Virus record (IMG/VR): IMGVR_UViG_3300014818_000016
Location: 1-39,054 of that record
DNA length: 39,054 nt
Reading direction: 5' to 3' (one strand)
Source of the DNA: a virus
Lineage: Duplodnaviria > Caudoviricetes
The position numbers and the translations under genes were made by a program. The notes under the pieces were generated by a model. It saw nothing but the letters and a program-made list of their open reading frames with translations. It was not told the origin of the DNA and did no database searches. This document shows positions 18,744 to 26,178 of this stretch, piece by piece. The first letter of the stretch is position 1. The number at the start of each line of letters is the position of its first letter.

Positions 18744-19044
18744 CTTGAAGACTCTCCAGGTAAGACAGTGCGCACTCTATAGCTATTTGGCGCTCACATT
18801 CTTCAATCGCAATCTTAAGGTTTTTAATTTTAAGGTAATTGCTTTCATGCAATTCATCTTCTGACTTCTTGGCAATTTTGCGAAGAGCTGAAAACTCAGC
18901 TTCATTCAATGCGTTTTCCTGGCTGTCGAAACAGGTTGCGTAGTCTTCGCTAAAAGACGCGTCAGTTATTGCGCGGTAAGAAGATTGGATCTCTTCAATT
19001 TTTGCAGTGAAAGCAACAAGGTGTGTAGCGTTTAATGAAATCAT
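18733..19044 (-). CDS. Hypothetical protein
   Basis: 103 aa, first gene after a promoter. Confidence 0.6.
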   Translation of the reverse strand: MISLNATHLVAFTAKIEEIQSSYRAITDASFSEDYATCFDSQENALNEAEFSALRKIAKKSEDELHESNYLKIKNLKIAIEECERQIAIECALSYLESLQDDK

Positions 19045-19095
19045 AATATTTACTCTTAGCAGTTGCTTCGGGTTAATCCCTTAGCTGATGAATTC

Positions 19096-19123
19096 AGTAT
19101 ATACATTATTTAAACGGTGTAAA
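19096..19123 (-). promoter_or_regulatory. Sigma70-like promoter
   Basis: TTTACA-16-TATACT with AT-rich upstream region. Confidence 0.55.
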
Positions 19124-19183
19124 TGGTTTATGAGTAATTAAATAGAAATAAAAAGAATTAATTTAGATGGGCTATAATTGATT

Positions 19184-19280
19184 CGCTCACTTACCAGTGG
19201 TGGGAAGAGGTGGCTTTTATCGCAGGGCCTATAGTGCGACCTTTGCCCGACAATGCCCGCTCTAGAGTTGAGCGGGCGAC
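19184..19280 (+). ncRNA. Candidate small structured RNA 1
   Basis: TATAAT at 19173-19178, then a GC-rich island of three hairpins ending in gcccgctc/gagcgggc. Confidence 0.45.
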
Positions 19281-19290
19281 TTAATAAGAA

Positions 19291-19386
19291 TTGATTATTT
19301 AACAATTCATATGTATTATTGTGTTTCTGATGCGTCTAATCTTAATGGTTAGGCAGGCCCCTTTTATCTAAAGGGGTTTATTTTTT
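19291..19386 (+). ncRNA. Promoter plus candidate ~60-nt small RNA 2 with terminator
   Basis: TTGATT-17-TATTAT; hairpin gtctaatc/ggttaggc; terminator gcccctt/aaggggt then T-rich tail. Confidence 0.5.
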
Positions 19387-19498
19387 ACTTAATTTTAGAT
19401 TTACCTTTCTTTCCTAGCAATTTAAATACAGTCATAACTCCAGCGCCAAGCCATAGAGATACGAATAGAATCAGCATGAATATTAATGGTGTGCTCAT
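19385..19498 (-). CDS. 37-aa single-TM peptide with basic tail (not in ORF track)
   Basis: MSTPLIFMLILFVSLWLGAGVMTVFKLLGKKGKSKIK; ATGA overlap with upstream gene. Confidence 0.6.
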   Translation of the reverse strand: MSTPLIFMLILFVSLWLGAGVMTVFKLLGKKGKSKIK

Positions 19499-19962
19499 TT
19501 GTTAGCCCTCTTAGCTGCTTTGTATTGATCTATTAATTTATACGCGGCTATGTAGTCTCTATCTTTGAAGAACTCGTTTAATTTCTCATGAGAAATACAC
19601 TCTCTTTCTCTAACATCAAATTTTTTGGCTGGGTTGCCTTGTCGGTCGTAATACTTAATGCCCGTCATAATTCGCTTCTTGGATCGTCCGTGAAAGTTGA
19701 TTATCTTATTGCAATCACCTTTGTATCTAAGAAATAAGCGCTCAGCAGGCTTTAGGCCAATGCCTACTAGGTTTAAAAACTCTGCATCATTCATAGGCTT
19801 GCCTTCTTTGCTAAGCCATTCACGGGTGCGCTTAGACGAGTTACGAAAGTTGCAATCTTCATCAATGCCACCTTTTTCTAAGTTATCCAGGCACATAGCC
19901 GCTATTGAATTCTGGCCGCTTAGTCGATTGGCGTGATGTATTGCTAGATTGTTTAGGCTCAT
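19495..19962 (-). CDS. Hypothetical protein
   Basis: 155 aa; translationally coupled. Confidence 0.65.
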   Translation of the reverse strand: MSLNNLAIHHANRLSGQNSIAAMCLDNLEKGGIDEDCNFRNSSKRTREWLSKEGKPMNDAEFLNLVGIGLKPAERLFLRYKGDCNKIINFHGRSKKRIMTGIKYYDRQGNPAKKFDVRERECISHEKLNEFFKDRDYIAAYKLIDQYKAAKRANK

Positions 19963-20297
19963 TATTTTTCCCTCATTGGGTATGCGTCAAAGCCATTTTT
20001 CCTGGCATTGTGGATTGTGAATTTTATAGCGGCTCTAGTGGTATTGAAGTACTCACCAATAATTGAATGCTTCAATCCGCAATTTGCCATTTCGAACATT
20101 AATATAATATCTTCAGCGTAATACTTTTGTATTTTTTTACCGGTGTTCGTTGGTGCCTTGGTACCTGCATAACTCATCATTGTAATTATTGAGGACATAC
20201 TCCTATCAACTACCAATTTAGCCTGCTCTAAGCCTCCTTCAGAATAAGCAGCTGAGCAAAGTTTTATTTCTTTACTAGTCCAGCCCTTGCCAGCCAT
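19962..20297 (-). CDS. Hypothetical protein, possible HTH
   Basis: W...EI and GL....I.E.FNTT..AI patterns. Confidence 0.55.
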   Translation of the reverse strand: MAGKGWTSKEIKLCSAAYSEGGLEQAKLVVDRSMSSIITMMSYAGTKAPTNTGKKIQKYYAEDIILMFEMANCGLKHSIIGEYFNTTRAAIKFTIHNARKNGFDAYPMREK

Positions 20298-20515
20298 TAT
20301 TCGCCCTCTTTTAGTAGCTCATCTATTTTTTCTTCAAGCTCAAGCGCTTCATGCTCGCTAGGTATTCCGTCAACAAAAATTTGTCCGCCATTCTGAAATT
20401 CATAATCGCGCCACCCTTCATTGCTGAAAAGCTCCTTAATAGCATCTATCGTCTTTTCGCTCATCTTGGTTCCAGTCGTGCAGATGTAGAACTCCTCTAC
20501 TTGATATACGCTCAT
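20297..20515 (-). CDS. Hypothetical acidic protein
   Basis: 72 aa; operon packing. Confidence 0.6.
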   Translation of the reverse strand: MSVYQVEEFYICTTGTKMSEKTIDAIKELFSNEGWRDYEFQNGGQIFVDGIPSEHEALELEEKIDELLKEGE

Positions 20516-20785
20516 TTACTTAACCCCTTTCTTTAATGTCTTTAACACCTTGATTGAAACAGTAAGCCCACAGCCTTTATAGCCAAGCCCTCGACCTAAT
20601 CGCTCGATAGTCTTTATTGTCATGCCGCCTGACTCAGAAGCCTTTGTTAACGTGCTTCGACTCTTAAAGCCGCAGTGCTCAGATAGCTGGTATAGGTTTT
20701 CGAATTTACTATCTTCTAAGATAGAAGCGAGGCCATGCGCTACATCTGCCTCTAGCATTGATACGTCAAACTCATTAGTGCTCAT
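20516..20785 (-). CDS. Cro-like HTH regulator
   Basis: LYQLSEHCGFKSRSTLTK...T..TIERL...LG; ATG 20785 with RBS taagga; first gene of leftward operon. Confidence 0.65.
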   Translation of the reverse strand: MSTNEFDVSMLEADVAHGLASILEDSKFENLYQLSEHCGFKSRSTLTKASESGGMTIKTIERLGRGLGYKGCGLTVSIKVLKTLKKGVK

Positions 20786-20812
20786 TTGGTAATCCTTATT
20801 AAGTAGAGCTAC

Positions 20813-20882
20813 ATAGTAATTAAATAAATATTCAATATCAAGTAAAATAATGCTTGCCAATGAATAAAGATTTATCTAAGAT
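20813..20882. promoter_or_regulatory. Back-to-back divergent sigma70 promoters
   Basis: Leftward TTGATA-17-TACTAT (20841-20813); rightward TTGCCA-17-TAAGAT (20854-20882). Confidence 0.75.
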
Positions 20883-20912
20883 GAGTTCAGAAATTAACGA
20901 AAGGAGAAAACA

Positions 20913-21863
20913 ATGTCGGATTTAGTTGTAGTAGAAAATTTAGAGCTGGTTCCATTCTTCACTAAGGGCGATCAGGTTGAATCAATACTTGATCGCTTAA
21001 CGGAAGAGGCTAACTCTTATGTAGCTGGCGACCTGTCAGTAAAGAAGAACCGTGATGCTGTTAAGGCAATGGTAACTAAGTTTACCAAGTCTAAAACCTA
21101 TCTTGAGGGCAAGGGTAAAGAATTGGCGGCTGAATACAAAGCAATTCCGAAAGCTATTGATGCAAACCGAAAGCTTGTTAAGGATACAATTACCGAATTG
21201 CAAGAGATTGTTCGCAAGCCATTGACCGACTGGGAAGATGAACAGAAAGCAATTGAAGCAGCTAAGCAGGCAGAAATTGAAGCGGCTGAATTAGCTAGGC
21301 AGAAAGATATTGATCACGAAATGGCCTTGCTATTAGATGACAAGTTCAATCAAGAGGTTAAGGCAGAGTCAGAACGCATCGAGCAAGAGCGCATCGCTTA
21401 CGAGGCTGAGCTAGCGGCCAGCGCAGCAGCAGAAGCTACTCGACTGGCAGAAGCTAAAGCCGAAGAAGAAAAGCAGCGCGTAGAGGCTGAAAAGGCCGAA
21501 GCTATCCGCAAAGAGCAGCGAGCTATTCTTGAAAAAGAACAGGCAGAGCAGCGCGAAAAGCAATTAAAAATTGATGCTGAAAACGCAGAAAAGCAGCGTG
21601 TGATTGATGCTGAGAATGCAGAGAAAAAGCGCCTCGCTGACATAGAAACCGCTAAGCAGCAGCAGATTGCACAGCAATATGCAGAAGAAGCTCGACTGGC
21701 AGCAGAGCAGAAAGCTCGTGATGAGGATAAAGAAAATCAGCGCGCAGTTAATCAGGCGGTTGTGTCGGCATTGCTCACAACTGGGCTGCATGAGGATCAA
21801 GCAAAGGTTGTCGTTACTGCGATAATCAAAGGTCAGATTCCTAATGTTAAATTAACTTACTAA
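20913..21863 (+). CDS. Coiled-coil phage protein of the recombination arm
   Basis: K.SKT.L...GK.L....K..PK.IDA.RK...VRKPLT.WE, E/A/K/R-rich coil, C-terminal G.IPNV.L.Y. Confidence 0.75.
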   Translation: MSDLVVVENLELVPFFTKGDQVESILDRLTEEANSYVAGDLSVKKNRDAVKAMVTKFTKSKTYLEGKGKELAAEYKAIPKAIDANRKLVKDTITELQEIVRKPLTDWEDEQKAIEAAKQAEIEAAELARQKDIDHEMALLLDDKFNQEVKAESERIEQERIAYEAELAASAAAEATRLAEAKAEEEKQRVEAEKAEAIRKEQRAILEKEQAEQREKQLKIDAENAEKQRVIDAENAEKKRLADIETAKQQQIAQQYAEEARLAAEQKARDEDKENQRAVNQAVVSALLTTGLHEDQAKVVVTAIIKGQIPNVKLTY

Positions 21864-21874
21864 GGGAAAGAAAA

Positions 21875-22162
21875 ATGAATAGCGAAATTTACAGTATTGA
21901 TGAGTTGGTAATGGCCAGAACCAAAGAAGAGTACACGAAAGAAATTAAAGATCGCTTACTTGCTGGTGATATTGTTCAGCTTCAGGATGGTCGAGATATT
22001 TGTATTAATAGCTGCATTGATGACATTGACCAGTGCGAACGAAGAAAGGCCATGGCTAATCTTGAATATACACCTTCGCTATCTAAGTTTATCGAGCTTA
22101 GAAATGACAAGGTTGAGCAGTTCGCAGCAATGGCGGCCAATACCGTTAAGCTGGAATTCTGA
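21875..22162 (+). CDS. Hypothetical protein
   Basis: 95 aa; operon packing. Confidence 0.6.
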   Translation: MNSEIYSIDELVMARTKEEYTKEIKDRLLAGDIVQLQDGRDICINSCIDDIDQCERRKAMANLEYTPSLSKFIELRNDKVEQFAAMAANTVKLEF

Positions 22163-22491
22163 TGGCTATTCCAGCTTATGCCAAGGCAAGAATTGCATAC
22201 CTATGGTCTAGGTATGGCTCAATACCTAGAGAAGTTTACTTTGACTCTAGAAAGGAGAGCGCACCCCCTCGCTACGAAGATAGCCTTGAGGCTAAGGTGC
22301 TTATTAGTGAGGTAGTTAGTATTAATGACTCCTACTTATGCAAACCAAAGTCAAAGCCAGTAAATATTTGTGGTGAGATAACAAGAAGCAAAAAAGAAGT
22401 TATTGAAAGTGCGATTAAGCAGTCAGAAGAAGCCTCTGCTAGACTGGCTAGTTGGTTGGCGGATAAAAAAGAGAAGGAAGATCGGGTATGA
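22162..22491 (+). CDS. Hypothetical protein
   Basis: 109 aa; coupled on both sides. Confidence 0.6.
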   Translation: MAIPAYAKARIAYLWSRYGSIPREVYFDSRKESAPPRYEDSLEAKVLISEVVSINDSYLCKPKSKPVNICGEITRSKKEVIESAIKQSEEASARLASWLADKKEKEDRV

Positions 22492-23015
22492 AGAAGTCGG
22501 ATTCAATAATGGAGTTAGCAAAGGCGTTATGCAAAGCTCAGTCAGAAATGGGTGGCGCTGCTAAAGATGCTGCAAACCCGTTCTTTAAGTCAAAATACGC
22601 TGACTTATCTTCAGTGATTCGAGTGATTAAAGAGCCATTTGCTAACAACGGATTGTCATTTGTTCAATTCCCTTTGTGTGATGGTCAGTCGGCAGGTGTT
22701 GAAACTATATTGATGCACGAATCGGGTGAGTGGCTGCAATCAGAATATTTGATGCCTCTTGTTAAGAAAGACCCTCAAGGCTCAGGCAGCGCGATAACCT
22801 ACGCTAAACGGTACGCACTTCAAGCAATGTGCGGAATACCATCAGAAGACGATGACGGCAATCTAGCAAGTGTAAGCAAGCCACAGCAGGCAGGCTTCGC
22901 TATTGATGAAACTGCACAAGGTTGGATTAACGCAGTTAAGCAAGACAACTCAGTGCTGGATCAAATCACAGACCCAGCATACAAAGCATTTATTAAAACC
23001 AATGCGGGCATATAG
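22488..23015 (+). CDS. erf: ERF-family ssDNA annealing protein
   Basis: K...NPFFKSKYADL, L.H.SGEW and PQ..GSAITYA.RY.L....GI..EDDDG motifs. Confidence 0.92.
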   Translation: MKKSDSIMELAKALCKAQSEMGGAAKDAANPFFKSKYADLSSVIRVIKEPFANNGLSFVQFPLCDGQSAGVETILMHESGEWLQSEYLMPLVKKDPQGSGSAITYAKRYALQAMCGIPSEDDDGNLASVSKPQQAGFAIDETAQGWINAVKQDNSVLDQITDPAYKAFIKTNAGI

Positions 23016-23039
23016 CTCGCACAACCAAGAGAGAAGAAT

Positions 23040-23498
23040 ATGAGTCATTCAATTACTTGTAAGTTAAATAACGATGCCCGCAGCCATCAAGGACAGGCAG
23101 GAACCACATTTTTTGTGAGCTTAGGCGAAAAGAATTACAACTTTAAGACCAAGCAAAACGAATACACCAATTATGAAGCGGCATTGTTTGCTAAAGATGC
23201 TCAGATTGGTTTTTATCAATCAGCCCTGATTGCTGGTGCGATTGTTGAGGTTTCTGGCACTGGAATCTTGATGGAGATTGACCCGACTGGTCAGTATAAG
23301 CCTAAGCTGGTTATTCAGGATGCTAAATTGGGATTTGTTCATAGTGATAATCAAGGCGCACCGCAACAGCAAGGCCAGCAACAACCTATGCAGCAGGCAC
23401 CACAACAGCAGCAAGGTGGTTTTCAGCAGCAATATCAACAGCAGGGCCAGCAACAGCAGCAGGCACCTCAAGGAAATTTCAACCAGCCCCAGCGATAG
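23040..23498 (+). CDS. ssb: Single-stranded DNA-binding protein (short form; -1 frameshifted long form would end at 23587)
   Basis: Follows erf; OB-fold-like N-terminus (K..EYTNY.A.LFAK...G..VEV.G), Q-rich linker; DDDIPF lies in the -1 frame. Confidence 0.85.
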   Translation: MSHSITCKLNNDARSHQGQAGTTFFVSLGEKNYNFKTKQNEYTNYEAALFAKDAQIGFYQSALIAGAIVEVSGTGILMEIDPTGQYKPKLVIQDAKLGFVHSDNQGAPQQQGQQQPMQQAPQQQQGGFQQQYQQQGQQQQQAPQGNFNQPQR

Positions 23499-23513
23499 GG
23501 GCTCAAACATCGC
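23474..23513 (+). promoter_or_regulatory. -1 frameshift signal: A AAT TTC plus H-type pseudoknot
   Basis: Heptamer 23474-23480 in phase; stem 1 agcccc/ggggct (23485-23503); loop gcgat pairs with atcgc (23509-23513). Confidence 0.8.
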
Positions 23514-23592
23514 ATAGTAATGGTTTTGATTCGTTCGATGATGATATTCCATTTAGTAACTACCAGCTAAGAGGATACTGGATTTAGAATAA

Positions 23593-23631
23593 ACCGCCTA
23601 AGTTTGCAGTTTTGGATTTAGGCGGTATAAT
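23593..23631 (+). promoter_or_regulatory. Sigma70 promoter embedded in an inverted repeat
   Basis: TTGCAG-16-TATAAT; accgcctaa/ttaggcggt inverted repeat. Confidence 0.7.
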
Positions 23632-23637
23632 TAGTAC

Positions 23638-23777
23638 ATGGTGTTTAGCGGCATCAATAGAATGATTAAGTGCAGAGTGAAGGGTTTTTAATATAAAACA
23701 GGTTCAGTTGGGTTTAAATGCTCTGCTAAATCGCCCTCGCTAAGCTGCGGTCTGTTTTATATTAAGAGCCTTTTTTT
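23638..23777 (+). ncRNA. Attenuator-like leader RNA (c4-a1b1-like architecture)
   Basis: 5' hairpin with UUAGCG loop, then long stem agggtttttaatataaaacagg/tctgttttatattaagagcctt plus T-run; loop holds ctctgc and cgctaa, complementary to upstream gcagag and ttagcg. Confidence 0.65.
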
Positions 23778-23807
23778 ATGCCTCGAATATAAATAAACCA
23801 TTCTTTG

Positions 23808-24147
23808 ACCACTAACACCTACTCAGATTATCGAGTATAGGTAGTGGTGTCTCGTATTGCATCCATCATCAAAAAGATAGTTTCACAACAAAGCTCAAGC
23901 GTTATCAACGAAAGCGGATAATGCAAAGTTAGCCAGAAGCGTTAAAAATGGTTAGCGGATTAGAAGGATGATCATATTGACCTAATCTTACCGTGGTCAG
24001 TATTAAGCAGAGTTTTATTTGCCATTGGCTAGAAATAGTCTGATAGGTTCCAGCAAGAATTAAAACTGTACTCTGATAAGTTTGATGTGATGCCAAGTAA
24101 GTTAAGAATTAAACACTAGGAATAGCTCTGTATAGGCAAGAGATTCC
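23808..24147 (+). ncRNA. Candidate large structured non-coding RNA
   Basis: No ORF of 60 aa or more; at least seven helices, long-range closing stem, GAAA tetraloops, G-U pairs consistent with plus strand. Confidence 0.6.
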
Positions 24148-24186
24148 TTCTAATGATAACTATGTAAAAAATTAAGTGAGAATAAT

Positions 24187-24408
24187 ATGAGTGATAAATT
24201 AACAGCATCAGAAGCGCTATTTGGATTTATGGGATGGCTTACATCTCGTAAAGAAGTTACGCCAGAATTCAGCAGTAAGCACGATGCGTCAGAGGCTGCA
24301 AATCTAGTTGCTGAGTTTTGCGAAAAGAATGATTTAGATGATCCTCGCTCCGGCTGGGAAAATAACTTAACTCATCCAGATGGCACATGCTCAGGCCCCG
24401 CCACTTAA
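24187..24408 (+). CDS. Conserved phage hypothetical protein
   Basis: LTASEA.FGF.GWLT.R....LV.EFC..N.L..PR.GW. Confidence 0.7.
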   Translation: MSDKLTASEALFGFMGWLTSRKEVTPEFSSKHDASEAANLVAEFCEKNDLDDPRSGWENNLTHPDGTCSGPAT

Positions 24409-24449
24409 CCACCCAAAGCGGCTATACACATAGCCGCACTATAGAGAGA

Positions 24450-24635
24450 ATGATTATGAGTATGTCAAAAATAGAAAAGAACATCTTGATCGTATTTGCA
24501 GCAGTATTTGTTTTATTTATTGGCAGCTGTAGATATACGGTGGTTTCAATAAATGAGGCTGGAGGTCTAAAGCAGTTAATTATTGATGCTGGTAAGGATA
24601 TTAAAGAAATAAGTAAGGCCATAGACGAAGAGTAA
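24450..24635 (+). CDS. Small membrane protein or possible lipoprotein
   Basis: TM segment ending IGSC; start uncertain. Confidence 0.55.
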   Translation: MIMSMSKIEKNILIVFAAVFVLFIGSCRYTVVSINEAGGLKQLIIDAGKDIKEISKAIDEE

Positions 24636-24674
24636 CTAACTAACAGCGCTCTACGGGGCGTAAGGTAAAAGATT

Positions 24675-24866
24675 ATGAAGGTTAATTATTTTTGTTTTTT
24701 GATGATTGGTTTAATTGTCGGAATGCAATTCACTGAGTGGCTGGCTGATACTGGGCTAGAAAATAACACAATCGAAGGCTACCACTGCACACCAATAACA
24801 AAACACACAGGCATCGAGTCTGCAAAGGCTCAAGTAGTTAAATATCAAACAATGGTCAGGGGGTAG
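24675..24866 (+). CDS. Small membrane-anchored protein
   Basis: N-terminal hydrophobic segment. Confidence 0.55.
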   Translation: MKVNYFCFLMIGLIVGMQFTEWLADTGLENNTIEGYHCTPITKHTGIESAKAQVVKYQTMVRG

Positions 24867-24867
24867 T

Positions 24868-25047
24868 ATGAAAGATCAGTATCAAAAGCGAATAAATGAA
24901 TACACAAAAAAGGCTCAAACTCTGGAATTGCAAGCAGAGCAAGAAATGAGATCTGGCTCAGGTGCTAGAGCATTGGAACTATGCAGAATGGCGGATATGG
25001 AAAAGATAAACGCTAAAAACTATAAGATAAGAATGGAGTCATTATGA
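24868..25047 (+). CDS. 59-aa hypothetical protein (not in ORF track)
   Basis: MKDQYQKRINEY...RMESL; fills the gap; ATGA overlap with endolysin. Confidence 0.55.
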   Translation: MKDQYQKRINEYTKKAQTLELQAEQEMRSGSGARALELCRMADMEKINAKNYKIRMESL

Positions 25048-25493
25048 ATATCGGAAAGATGCTAGAAGTAGAAGAAGGATTCAGAAGTAAGCCTTATGTT
25101 TGCTCGGAAGGCTATCCGACTATTGGCATAGGCTGGAAGATTGGCCGTCATAATCAATCGCTTAATGATTTTGAGAGTATGACAATGTGTCAGGCAGCGG
25201 CTTACGCTCAGTGTGATTTTATGGTCGCGGGTATTACAGCTCAGCTATCTAATCGATTATCATTTTTCTATGACCTGAATGAAGCCCGTCAATGTGTACT
25301 GATTAGTATGGCCTATCAAATGGGTATCAATGGATTAATGAAGTTTAAGAATATGATTGATGCCATTGAAGAAGGTTGTTGGACTGATGCAGCTCACGAG
25401 GGTTTGGATTCTCGATGGGCTAAGCAAACGCCAGAACGAGCAGAGAGACAAATGAAAACCTTATTGCATGGAACCTGGAGCGAGTATGAGTAA
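25044..25493 (+). CDS. Endolysin, T4-type lysozyme (GH24)
   Basis: EEGFR..PY.CSEGYPTIGIG, M.YQMG..GL.KFK.M and DSRWAKQTP.RA.R motifs. Confidence 0.93.
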   Translation: MNIGKMLEVEEGFRSKPYVCSEGYPTIGIGWKIGRHNQSLNDFESMTMCQAAAYAQCDFMVAGITAQLSNRLSFFYDLNEARQCVLISMAYQMGINGLMKFKNMIDAIEEGCWTDAAHEGLDSRWAKQTPERAERQMKTLLHGTWSEYE

Positions 25494-25680
25494 GCTAGAT
25501 GTTAAAAGTAATGTAGAATGCATTAAGTTTGATGGTTCTAATTTTAAAGAATGCGAGATGTTTATAGGAGGAGAAAATATAGACAACACGCTTAAATACC
25601 CTAACGTAATTACGGAAGAAGGAGCTAAGCGCGTCAATGTTGGTGATTATATATTTAAGGAGGTCGATAAAGATGAATAA
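25486..25680 (+). CDS. Hypothetical protein
   Basis: VE.I.FDG.N...T.EG....VGDYI.K motif. Confidence 0.6.
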   Translation: MSKLDVKSNVECIKFDGSNFKECEMFIGGENIDNTLKYPNVITEEGAKRVNVGDYIFKEVDKDE

Positions 25681-25886
25681 AGTAACTATTTGCTCACCAG
25701 AGTGGGACGTTTGATATGGTTTTATTGACTGGGTGTTTATCTATTATTTTTGGATTCTTATCCATATCGCTTATGCATATAGTGATTCTTGCCGCAATAC
25801 AGAAGAGGAATAATTGCTTATATTTTAAAAAAATGCCTCTAGTGTTTGGCTATCCTAGCAATTATATTCACATAGGCTGTAAGTAA
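25673..25886 (+). pseudogene. Possibly frameshifted small membrane-protein gene
   Basis: ATG with aaggagg RBS stops at 25712; hydrophobic ORF continues in the +1 frame (25716-25886). Confidence 0.35.
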
Positions 25887-26098
25887 TGGATAGTTTTGGC
25901 GAAACAATAAAGCGTCAAAGAAAGTTTCTTTCATTAACGCTACAGCAGGCTGCGGATATTATAGGAACAACAAAACCGCACCTTCATGATATGGAGTCGG
26001 GGAAAAGCAGTAATCCGACAGCAAAAATAATTAATGGAATTAGATGGGCATATTCGCTTGATGGTGACTTTATTCTTGACTTGATTTCAAACTCTTAA
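25886..26098 (+). CDS. XRE-family HTH protein
   Basis: FG..IK..R....LTLQQ.A..IG.TK..L...E.GK..NP. Confidence 0.85.
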   Translation: MDSFGETIKRQRKFLSLTLQQAADIIGTTKPHLHDMESGKSSNPTAKIINGIRWAYSLDGDFILDLISNS

Positions 26099-26178
26099 TA
26101 ACTGGGAAGATATATAACATAGCTTAATTTGCACCTATAGCCCTTCATGTTAATATATGCAAAACATGAGGGGTATTT

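Noticed and set aside
19200-19380. Known self-cleaving ribozyme (HDV-like, pistol, hammerhead) in the small RNA candidates
   Set aside because: Could not fit the consensus cores by eye; CUGAUG at 19327 lacks the following A and a GAAA partner.
21240-21740. Repetitive gcag/gaa sequence and antisense ORFs 21398..21643 and 21564..21800
   Set aside because: Codon shadow of an E/A/K/R coiled coil.
23360-23470. CAG/CAA-rich low-complexity repeat
   Set aside because: Explained by the Gln-rich SSB linker.
23808-24147. Group I intron, tmRNA or RNase P identity for the structured region
   Set aside because: No interrupted gene flanks it, and I find no P7 partner for TAGTC outside its local hairpin, no tRNA-like ends and no RNase P core motif.
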